DNA of 63,273 nucleotides, filler included, from Choristocarpus tenellus KU-1152 (taxonomy: Eukaryota > Protista > Phaeophyceae): assembly GCA_964200185.2 (NCBI GenBank). It is 12 parts of 12 records of this genome, joined end to end, with 100 filler letters (N's around TTAATTAATTAA, not from the genome) between each part and the next. Parts side by side here need not be neighbours in the genome. Positions count along the whole stretch, not along the records: positions 12,600 to 22,655 come from CAXNAD020003180.1; positions 22,756 to 31,381 come from CAXNAD020004516.1; 10 more parts are not named here. The stretch is one strand, 5' to 3'. Numbering within the stretch: the first letter of the stretch is position 1; each line of letters starts with the position of its first letter. Below are positions 13,182 through 23,266 of the stretch, one piece after another. A model generated the notes under the pieces. The model was not told where the DNA came from and ran no database searches. It worked only from the letters and a program-made list of their open reading frames with translations. Made by a program: the position numbers and the translations under genes.

Positions 13182-13421
13182 GGGTAACTTTGATGCCCGT
13201 TGTGCAGCATACGTTTTGCTATATTCCTACCTTTGGATGCAGAATCGAAAACCAAGAATCAAGTAAACGGCATTGTGGGCTTGGTACCCCCATTCGTTTA
13301 TATCCTTACGAATACCATGCCTTACAAGATTGGTGTTCGCTTCGTTCTTGGTTGTTGATTTTGCAGCCAAAGGTCGGAATATAGCAAAACATGTGCTGTA
13401 CCACGGGTGCCAAGGTTACCG
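13182..13421. mobile_element. Palindromic foldback MITE (~90-bp arms)
   Basis: GGTAACTTTGATGCCCGTTGTGCAGCATACGTTTTGCTATATTCCTACCTTTGG is mirrored by CCAAAGGTCGGAATATAGCAAAACATGTGCTGTACCACGGGTGCCAAGGTTACC; TTAA on the left flank only. Confidence 0.85.
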
Positions 13422-13448
13422 TGTGAGATGTTGAAAGTAGTAGGTAAG

Positions 13449-13627
13449 GACCCAAAGTATTTTGGGGGGTGGGTGTTCACACCAGGGTGTCTATTTGGAC
13501 CAAAATCAGAAAAAATGCATTTGCATTATATTATTATCCTATGCAACCAAATCACTCAAGAATCGTGATATGAAAATATTGACCCCAAATGAACAGTCGC
13601 CACCTCCCCCCACTGATACTTTGAGCC
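13449..13627 (+). mobile_element. MITE family B
   Basis: GACCCAAAGTAT...GATACTTTGAGCC; body matches the copies at 18087, 55790, 57226 and 63137. Confidence 0.85.
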
Positions 13628-13749
13628 TAAAGTACGATATACTACGAGGAACCTATTGAAGTTGACCCACTGGTAAGAAGTACGTGGAACTAATAAAAAA
13701 ACAGTCAATCCTCAATCAAGCCGTACTACTGCAAAATACATGCCCTTTT

Positions 13750-14004
13750 GAGTGAAAGTATCGTAGAGGGTACAAAGCTTGCCCTGTATGTCCGTTTAGC
13801 GCTTGACTTCGCAGGAGTTTTTTTTACATCGTCCTACTCCGAAATTTTGTGAAGGTAAAATATGTACGTTATGAACAGCTGTGCCCACAACAAGGATGTT
13901 GACACTTCCTAACAAACACAATAGACAACATTATATCAATATCACAACATTGGAGTTTTGCCCCCAAACATGCGCGACTCTACTCTCTTAAGATTCTTCG
14001 ACTC
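13750..14004 (+). mobile_element. MITE family A (diverged)
   Basis: Both TIRs and the body match the family consensus. Confidence 0.88.
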
Positions 14005-14947
14005 TACCCTCTTGTCTATGTATAAATTTCAGCTAATGTTATGATCCCCTTCTCTATTCTGTGCTTGTATAATTTTGATAGCGGAATATATATGGACAAA
14101 TGATATTTCCTGGTGACCTCATACTTGCCCCAATGAAAAATAACAAATCAATACTGGAATCACCTGTAAGGCCCCAATCAGTATTAAAACATCACCTCTC
14201 CAATTGCAGACACACACATGAAACCCCAAACATTAGGGCGTTCTTAGCAGGCACCCCAAATTTTGCACTTGATGTTTCTGCCATTTTTCTGGTGGTATTG
14301 CCAAAGCACATTATCTCGATCACTCCCATAGTACTCCGGAGTACAGTATTAGTAATGTCGAGAATACTTCAAAATTGTTGTGGATCTTTTATTCAATGCA
14401 TGGTATCCCAACAGTACTGTCTGTGTGCACCAAATAGTCGTGAGAGAAATACAGAAACGAATATGTGAGAAAAACAAAGCAGGTCATCCTCTACATCAAC
14501 GATGTGCCTTCCTGCCTTACGCTAAGGTAAACAATTGATATCCAAGTTTTGTCTGTTTTTCATTTTCTGCCATTCCTTTTATATTTTGGATTTTGCCCTC
14601 ACTTCAATCAATGGAGTCCTAAGACATACTTGATGGCGTGAGTTTCTCTTTGTTTTAAAGTTTCCGCAAAACTTCGAAAATATCACATACGCAGGTGTAC
14701 AAAAGGCCGAAATTAGCATCATTGTCATCCATTAAATGCAACCCTGGGTACTCCCCGTTTGCTTTGGCTCCTTTCTCCTCTAGAAAACCTTTGCTGCCAA
14801 TCTTGTTGATATATATATCAGTGATAGAATGATATCAAGCATGGCCGAGGAGTGGCACCCGTTGCCCCTTCTCACTGTGTCAGAGCTACAGCACGTATCC
14901 AATAGAGTGGCATTAGGAATTGCCGCCATTGAGGAAAATAGCTTTGT

Positions 14948-15206
14948 GAGTGAACGTATCTTAGAGGATACAAGTTTTGCCCTGTTTGTCCGTTAGGGGC
15001 TTGGTTTTCCATGGTATTATTTATGACATTTTCCTACTCCAAAATGGATCAGAGCAGGTAAAATTTGTACGTTCTGAAAAGGTGTGCCAGGAACAAGGAT
15101 ATGGACACTTCCTAACAAACACGATAGCCAAAATTACATCAAAATCGCAACATTGTATTGTGGACCCCAAATGGATGTGGCTCTACCTTCCAAGATACTT
15201 TGGCTC
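14948..15206 (+). mobile_element. MITE family A
   Basis: TIRs present; 4-bp TSD TTGT. Confidence 0.92.
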
Positions 15207-16038
15207 TTGTTCAAGAGTAGTGTTTGATGACAATAGTGTTCTGTGTCAAAGAAAGGTAAAGCATGGGTTGGTGCGCAATGTTAGGGGGGATGGCAGAGAA
15301 GGAGGAGGTTGAGTTTATTTTGAGCAAGGTATAAAGGAATTAATTTTGCTGAAGGGGTGATGGTATCTCCTGAGAGGTGGTGGAAGGTGGAGATTTGTTT
15401 GTGTGGCCTTCAAAAACCAAAGCACTGTTTACTCTTTGGAATATGATGGGAGTGTACTCTCTGCTTCGAAGTATTGTAATTTCTAACCCTAGACTGCATA
15501 AGTTCTATTCTCAGCACACCTTCCTTACCCAGAAAGAGCTAATGTGTTCAAAAAAATTACAAATCCTCTTCCAGATTAAGCAGACACATTTCACCACCCT
15601 TCCCCAAAAGGAAACATTACATTGTTGTGCAGAAATCAGACGATACATGGATGGGAAGAAGAATGCATGCACACAGATACATTCAGTGCTAATTGCCTTT
15701 CCCACAACAACTAGAGTGACTATTTTCATGTGACGTGCTGACAGTTACAGGCCATATTCGGCGGTAAGACGCTGTAGTGCTTTTAATGTCGTAAGAATGA
15801 ACGTATCAGGTATAAAGAGCCAAAGTAAACGAATTTTTTTGTCATTTTCAATTAGACCTCAGCTTTTTAGTCTTTTGCAATTCCATTTTTGTACGTATGA
15901 AGGGTTAAGTTTGAGTTGAGGGCATTGATTGTGTATGAAACATTTCGATATTTTTGTGAAAACTTACCAAATGCGTTTACAATAATAGTCGAATTTTGCA
16001 CACATTTGTCAGCATCCTTGAAAAGCAAATCTGGGTTA

Positions 16039-16296
16039 AAGTGAAATTATCTTAGAGGGTAAGAGTCGTGTCCGTTTGGGGGCAAAAATTGGATGTTCCA
16101 ATTTTGATTTAATTTTAACTATCGTATTTCTTAGGAAGTGTCAATATCCTTGTGTCAAATAAACCCTTTCATGACATAAACATTTACCTATTCGGAAATG
16201 CTTCAATGTAGAGAAAATGATCTAAAAAAAACATGGGAAGTCAAGCTCAAACGGGCCAACAGGGCAAAATTAGTACCCTCTAAGATACTTCCACTT
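16039..16296 (-). mobile_element. MITE family A (diverged)
   Basis: Reverse-complement match to the family consensus. Confidence 0.85.
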
Positions 16297-16314
16297 GTAC
16301 CTCAAGTTTGCTTT

Positions 16315-16487
16315 GGCTCAAAGGCAGTGTCCTTCACCTGAATGCACCTTCCCTTTCCGTCCCCCTGGCTGGACCAAATACGAAGAGAAAATACCTCTAA
16401 AAATGGGCATCTAACCACGGTGTTCCGCCATAAAGTCGGTATTGGGCTATTTGGGCTAACCCCCCCCCCTCTAAGATTATACGGGCC
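16315..16487. mobile_element. Possible further degenerate member of the A/B/C MITE clan
   Basis: GGCTCAAAGG... and ...CCCCTCTAAGATTATACGGGCC ends resemble clan TIRs; the interior is different. Confidence 0.35.
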
Positions 16488-16692
16488 TTGTAGTGAGGGC
16501 TGGTACCAAGAAAAGGCAAGATTGAAATATTCTTTATGTTGCAACTCTCAAATATTCTTCTTGTTGTGGGATGTTGATTCATTGTAGCTAAGGGCGTGGT
16601 AACAGAAGGGGGGGCAAAGATGGCACTATTAAATTGCTCTGGCTGGTCAGGTATGTACTTGTGGACCACAAGCATGGGTAACATCGCTCTTT

Positions 16693-16944
16693 GAGTAAAA
16701 GTATCTTAGGGGGTACGAGTTTTGCCCTGTTTGTCGATTTGGGACTTGACTTCCCATAGGTTTTTTAATGACATTTTCCTGCTCCAAAATGTTTCGGAGT
16801 AGGTAAAATGTGTAGGTTATGACAAGGTGTGTCCAGAACACGGATATGACACTTCCTAACACGATAGCCAGAATTACACAACATCGCAACATTGGATTGT
16901 GCCCCCAAATGGACACGGCCCTACCCTCTAAGATACTTTAACTC
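16693..16944 (+). mobile_element. MITE family A
   Basis: TIRs and body match the consensus. Confidence 0.92.
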
Positions 16945-16992
16945 TTTCACAGGTTTTAACATACTGTCTCCTGGTGTATAGTGCTTACCAAG

Positions 16993-17340
16993 TGTTACCA
17001 ATCTATTTTTATTCATGTGCAAAAGATGATACCTAAGGAGAACAATTAAGTTGTTGAAGCATTTTCGGAAAATGGGATAATTGGTAGGAATGTCTTCGTC
17101 AAGTGACTAAGACAACATTATCCACGTTATTATAGCGCAAGAAAAATCCTAGAAAAGGAATCTTGTAGCAAGTGATAAAGAGTGAGTGAAGAGTAGTGAA
17201 TGGGGATGAGTGAAAGACTTGTCACCCCCTTCTTGGATGGTGAACCTCACCCCAACTTTCTACCTCCTACAACATAACTAAGAAATAATTAGTTTACATA
17301 TTTCAGTATTAAGACTTGGGACTCTACACATTCCTTAACA
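16993..17340 (-). repeat. ~350-bp LTR-like repeat, left arm of an inverted pair
   Basis: Bounded by TGTTA...TAACA; reverse complement of 17583-17938 (e.g. ATATTTCAGTATTAAGACTTGGGACTCT vs AGAATCCCAAGTCTTGATATTGAAATAT). Confidence 0.75.
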
Positions 17341-17357
17341 TGCAAGCCACCGATTGA

Positions 17358-17582
17358 TACCATTACATGCTGCTGATAGTGTATGATAAGACAGGAATGA
17401 AATGGATTCAACTCCTACCAGCTAAGAATGAAACCGTAGTAGATCTGTCTTTTATTTGAGATGTGGAATATGTGAGCATTGGGTATGTGAGGACTGATGA
17501 GTGTACAGAGTTCAAGAATGGAGACTTCGAGGGGGTGTTGGATCAACACAAGATTCGATATGAGTACACCATTACAGGTACG
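17358..17582 (+). pseudogene. Copia-type integrase (rve) core fragment
   Basis: One frame: YHYMLLIVYDKTGMKWIQLLPAKNETVVDLSFI*DVEYVSIGYVRTDECTEFKNGDFEGVLDQHKIRYEYT; matches the Copia pattern IVDDxSRxxW..IRTDNGTEF..GIxHExT; one stop. Confidence 0.85.
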
Positions 17583-17938
17583 TGTTAATGAATGTGCAGA
17601 ATCCCAAGTCTTGATATTGAAATATGTAGATTAATTCCTTCTTAGTTATGTTGTGGTAGGTAGAAGTTGGAGTGAGAAACGTCATCCGAGCGGAGGGGGT
17701 GATAAGCGTTTCAATCATCCCTGATCAGTGTTATTTGCTACAACATTTCGTTTCCGGAATTCTTATGATACTGCTATAACCTGAATATTGTTCTCTCGAT
17801 CACTCCACAGAATTATTACTATCAACTATCAAGTTATCCACCAGTTATCCAACGGTTCTCCAAAGACAGTTTAATTATCTAACAACTGATTGTTTCCTAA
17901 GTATTTTCCCACATGAAATTTAAAGTGTAATCTTGACA
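17583..17938 (+). repeat. ~350-bp LTR-like repeat, right arm of an inverted pair
   Basis: Bounded by TGTTAA...TTGACA; inverted copy of 16993-17340. Confidence 0.75.
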
Positions 17939-18086
17939 GGGGGAAAAGATATGATTAAATTTGTGAGTCATATTTTCCACATAGATAGAATGACACATCC
18001 AAGAGGGGTGCATCCCTGACTTTTATGGGAACTGCTGTTGGTGTATCCCCAACTCATGCAAAACTTAGGGGGGATAAACGCTGAAA

Positions 18087-18260
18087 TATCTAACGTATCT
18101 GGGAGGGGGGGGGGGTCTACACTAGGGTGTTCATTTCGGTCAAAATAAGGAAAAGTACACTTACATCGTCCATCCCAGGTATGCAACCCAATCACACAAA
18201 AATCATGATATGAAAAAAATCACCCAAATAGACACACACCTCCCTCAGATACTTCAAGTC
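18087..18260 (+). mobile_element. MITE family B
   Basis: AACGTATCTGGGAGGGG...CCCTCAGATACTTCAAGTC; body matches the family. Confidence 0.85.
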
Positions 18261-18879
18261 AAATGTTTTTTAGAGTGATCAATCCCAACAATGGTGAGTA
18301 GCAACCTTAAAGCACCTATATCCATCCGTTCATATACACAATGTTCACTACTAGTGATGTTCGACACAGTTGAAGAAGTCTGTTTGATCAACTGTTTTGT
18401 GGCGTGTTTTTTTTAAGCACCGCTTTGGAAGACATTTTTCGGCTAATAGTGTGTTGATTTTAACATTGTTCTACAGGCGTATCCTCCTAGGGGGGGTTAC
18501 CTCCGTATCAGTAATAAACATGGTGCATATGTTGTGCAAGGTCCAGGATGGCCTTGAAACTCTGACGAGCCAAAATCAACACCTCTCCTCGTGACTACGT
18601 CATTTTTATCGTTTGTCCATCAGTTTCTTCTGAAGTATTCCACCACCAGCAGTACTGCAAACGTACTTTCCTCCTTCCTGCCATCAATGATGTGGTCACC
18701 GGCATCACAAGACATCCTTACTAGTGGAAAGCTACACATACATGTTGTGAGGCCTGAGTTGATCACCTGAATAATTATCCAAAGAAATCCTCACAACAGT
18801 GTCATAGAAAAAAGAGAAACTGATCCACACTGGAAGGATGAAAAATGCTTATCTGCCAAGACCACTCCACTGACAAAAA

Positions 18880-19137
18880 GAGTCGGAGTAACTTAGAGGG
18901 AACAATCGCGTGCGTTTGGGGGCAGAGACGTAATGTTCCGATTTTGGTGTAGTTTGGCTATCGTGTTTGTTAGGAAGTGGCGATGTCCTTGCCCCAGACA
19001 CACCCACACCTTTTGATAACTTCAACATTTGACCTGCTCCAAAACATTTCGAGTAGGAAAATTTCATAGGAAACTTGCGGAAAGCCAACCCCCAAACGGA
19101 CAGAGCAAAACTCATACCCTCTAATATGCTTTCACTC
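18880..19137 (-). mobile_element. MITE family A
   Basis: Reverse-complement match with both TIRs. Confidence 0.88.
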
Positions 19138-19139
19138 AA

Positions 19140-20480
19140 CCACTAATCTCAAGTTTGTTAATCGTGTTGCCCAGGATGCATGCATCTTGGGCATACTCAA
19201 TATATAACTCTTCAAACTCCACCCAGAAATATTTTATGTGCCAACACTCTTGGAATATATGGACTGCAGGGAGTGCTGCTCCTGTAAAAGGGTATGTAAG
19301 TATGGAGATATACACGGGGAAAATGTCACTAACAAATATGGAAGCATGCCTGACCCCGCAAACTAGACCAGTTGGACGTGCCAACATGCTGACCCCATGT
19401 CCCTGGGTACGTTGTGGCACTCCATTTCCCCAGAGTTGAACGTGTAGCACAGCTTGAGTGAGGGATAATATGCCCCCGAGGAGCCTTTATTGTGAACTTG
19501 TTAAACTGCTTTTGGAGCAACAATATCTGCATAAAGATTCCTCAGCAATTGCAGGGCCTCTTAACAAGTTGTATGTATATAGAGCTGTAGTGGAGAGGAA
19601 AGGAGGAGTGGGGAGATCAGGGTTGATGAGCCGTGGAGAGGGTATTAGACTAGGAAGTACCTGTATTGGTGGAGTCGAAGGCATGGGTGAGATAAGAATA
19701 TTGCATACAGTATGGTAGCAAGGAAAGTGGGATGGGGGAATACTATCACTGATGTACTCCCTGCATGAAATTCTCTGATACGATCACCTCAGGAGCCGAT
19801 TGTGTCTCTGAAATCCCAATCCTAACCATTTTACCCCTTATCATGAACCAGTAACTCTTTTCCAACCATGAGACAATGAGGTCATCTCCAGCAACTTGTA
19901 TGTATGGTCATCTTCTTCATGCTGTATAGTATTCAAAATATCGTTCTCAACTTGCGACTTGATCATCAAACCTCGATCTCTTCCACATTTGAAGGGAGAG
20001 GAGTGGGTAAAGTCATTCATGTGATCAGTATTTCTCATGTAGTTATGGAGAGCGTGATGGTCAATTGGGCGACAAAGCAAAGCACCCCACCTGGAACTTC
20101 TCTTTAACAAGTACGGCGAAGAGGTCTGTGCCAGGCCAACTAGTACTCTGCCACACCCTTCAAATCCAGCATAAGCAGAACTGCCCTTTCACTACATGGT
20201 AGGGTCCCTGTTGTTAGCACCATGCCTTGCCTAAGTCCTCATACAAGCTTTGGACGGGATGATTGGATATACTTTCGTGTACTTGCTGTATGGTTGAGGA
20301 CGGGGTCAGAGCTGGGACTAAGTTTGTGGTGGGATTGCGTCTGGGTTGGGGACAGGGCTTGGAGGTGGGACTTAGCATAATGGGGAATTTACTCACGAAA
20401 TCTGTGAGTGCCCAAACCGAACTTATCCCTTCCCTATCTGTTGGAGTGGGGGGTGGAATTGCGTGATTTTGCATGCATGC
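19140..20480 (-). pseudogene. Possible highly degraded LTR-retrotransposon pol relic
   Basis: NGVPQRTQGHGVSMLAR resembles integrase NGVAERxNRTLxxMAR; other motifs are weak. Confidence 0.3.
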
Positions 20481-20776
20481 TGCATGCTTCCCTCAAGTTC
20501 GGTGTTCATTTGTCAACAACATTCCCACTCAACTTATAGTTCAAGTGAAAGGGTAATGTTTCTGTAAGCCCTATCAAATTGGCTTTCCTCATGTGTGAAA
20601 AATCAAAAGGACTAGTTCTGTGCTACCCAGAACCGTTTCGGGTCTGTTGAGGGTTTGAGGAAAGTGTTACAATAATTCTGGAAATTTGAGAATACACATG
20701 TGCACCGCACTATACAACCCTGGTCAGAACTCAACATCTTCAGTATGACAAAGCATGACACACACCGTAAGTGAAA

Positions 20777-21289
20777 GAGCGAAAGTACCTTAGGGGGTAC
20801 GGACGGGTTCTTCCTTGTTTGTCCATTTGGGGCTTGGCTTCCCGCGGGTTTTTAATGACATTTTACCTACTCCAAAATGTTTAGGAGTAGGTCAAATGTG
20901 TAGGTTATGAAAAGGAGTGTCCAGAACAAGGATATTGACATCCCTAACAACATGATCGCCAAAATTACATCAAAATTGCACCATTGGAGTTTGACCTTCA
21001 AATGGACACAGCTCTACCCTCCAAGATAGATTCACTCGAAAGTATCTTAGAGGGTACGGATTTTGCCCTGTTTGTCCATTTGGGGCTTGGCTTCCCACGA
21101 GTTTCTTATGACATTTCCTACTCCAAGATTCTTCAGAGTAGGTAAATGTATACGTTATCAAAAGGTGTATCCAGAACAAGGATATGGACACTCCCTAACA
21201 AACACTATAGCCAATATTACATCAAAATCGCAACATTGGGTTTTGGCCCCCAAATGGACGTGGCCCTACCCTCTATGATACTTTGACTC
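20777..21289 (+). mobile_element. Head-to-tail dimer of MITE family A (20777-21037 + 21038-21289)
   Basis: Two full bodies; junction GATAGATTCACTC|GAAAGTATCTTAGAGGG. Confidence 0.92.
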
Positions 21290-21419
21290 CCATGATTGAC
21301 TACCATTCCAACACCAACCAAACAAAACACACAAAGACATTCATTGCCAAAGCACCCAAACCCACCCATCAAATCTACCCTACCTTTCAATTATCTCTTT
21401 CAATAAACAAGAAACAACA

Positions 21420-22594
21420 ATGTGGTGCTTCTACCACCAAGCAAGGGCAGAAGGCTCGCTACCTGTTCCCAAGATCATCACCTCATTGAGGGTCGACTGC
21501 AATTGCCGCATCTTTGGGGCATCAGTATCAAGGCCGGCTTCGTTCCTGTTAGGTCCCAATCGCTGTTGGATCACATTTGGTGATGAACCTCTTAGCCACT
21601 ACACTGGATTCCAGGCTGCACCCAAATACACCCCCATCCACATCCACCAGTGCATCCAGAATGCTTTCTCCACCCCTAATGAGGATCTCAGTAAAGTCAT
21701 CGTTCCAGGGGATCAAGGTCTGGTATGTTCAAAAGACAAGGGAGGATCAGAGGGGAGAGAGTGGGCATTGGGCATGAGAAAGTCGACACTGGAGTACACA
21801 TAGAGAGCGTAGGATGCGAAGGCAACACCCATCGAGGGGCAAGCAAAGAAGCAAAACGCGATGCAGGTTGCACCTGGTCTTTCTCCTCCAGTCCATAGAC
21901 AGATGTCATAACTCACACTCACAAAGCAATCCCCACAATCTGATTCAAAGCATTCCAGAGGGTAGGGCTGCGTCCGTTCGGGGTCATAAATCCAATGTTG
22001 CGATTTTGATGTAATTTTGGTTATTGTGTTTTTTTGCAAGTATTAATATCCTTGCCCTGGACACACCTTTCAATGTCGTTTACATTTTACCTACTCCTAA
22101 ATGTTTTGGATCAGGCAACTATGTTCACAGAAAACGGAAAGAAATTGCATAAAAACCCGTGGGAAGTCAAGCCCTGAACGGACAAACAGGAGTAGTCTTC
22201 TACCCTCTGAAATGCTTTGGATCATATCTGACTTTCCTCACTCTGCTCCCCAACAAAACATATCATAGTGATACACTCAAGACCTATGTGCGTCAGTGCT
22301 TCCAAATCCGCGAAGAAGGCAACTGGCGGAGACATACAGGGGATCTTGGTGAAGGATGTTCGCCATCAGCTCCAGCACATCTTCGTCATCCTCCACGTCA
22401 CTACTGTGCAGGCCTTTTACATTGATGGTATCACTTGGGAAAGCATCTCTTTCCCCCAGCACCATGTTGGTGACTTGGCTCTGCACCGCTGGCAAGAGAG
22501 TAGCCTGCATCATTTATACAAAAAATGTGGAACACAAGAGGGAAGGGCCAGAAGACAAGCAGGGGGAGAGCTGTACATGAGTATTTTTCTATGA
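21420..22594 (+). pseudogene. Possible tyrosine recombinase relic interrupted by MITE A
   Basis: After the MITE: YLTFLTLLP..DTLKTYVRQCF (frameshift) KKATGGDI..HQLQHIFV...QHHV...LY, resembling YR boxes YLF..G, HxLRHxF, then H and Y. Confidence 0.4.
21942..22223 (-). mobile_element. MITE family A (diverged, small internal insertion)
   Basis: Reverse-complement match; flanks ATCT/ATAT. Confidence 0.85.
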
Positions 22595-22616
22595 CTGGTT
22601 CTTGCTACTACTAGGT

Positions 22617-22655
22617 GGCTCAAGGTATCTGGGCGGGGGGGGTGGTTTGTGAGGG
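22617..22655. mobile_element. MITE family B terminus cut by contig end
   Basis: GGCTCAAGGTATCTGGGCGGGGGG. Confidence 0.6.
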
Positions 22656-23266
22656 NNNNNNNNNNNNNNNNNNNNNNNNNNNNNNNNNNNNNNNNNNNNT
22701 TAATTAATTAANNNNNNNNNNNNNNNNNNNNNNNNNNNNNNNNNNNNNNNNNNNNTGTTGTGGGTGGGGGAGGGGGGGGGGTGGTGGTGGGGGGGGGGGG
22801 GGGGGTGTTTAACCCAGGTGGTTGATTGGGGGCTTGATGGGTGTTGTAAGATACCAAAGTTTGATAGCCATTTTGCGTGTGATTGTCTTCGGATTTGATT
22901 CAGCAAGGGGGATGAAAAAGGAAGGTGTGTTCAGATGGAGGAAATTGCCCTTGCATCTGACACGTTTAGTCAGATGACGTGGAAATCACTACAAGTTCAC
23001 ACTAGCCCCAATGGACGCTTGACATCCTCTCTAGGATACTATGGGTCAAAAGACTTCGATAGGACATGGGTGGAACATTAAAGGAATTTTAAAAACATTT
23101 TGTCCTTCACAGGGACCACGGCAAACACAAATAAGAAATAATCCAGTAGTTGTGTTGGTTTAGCAGTGAAAATTCAGCTGTTCACCAGATAGCAATACAC
23201 AGTACAACAATTTTTGCGATGCCCCAAACTCCAGGTATCCACCCAAACATCATGCAGTTTTTTTAA

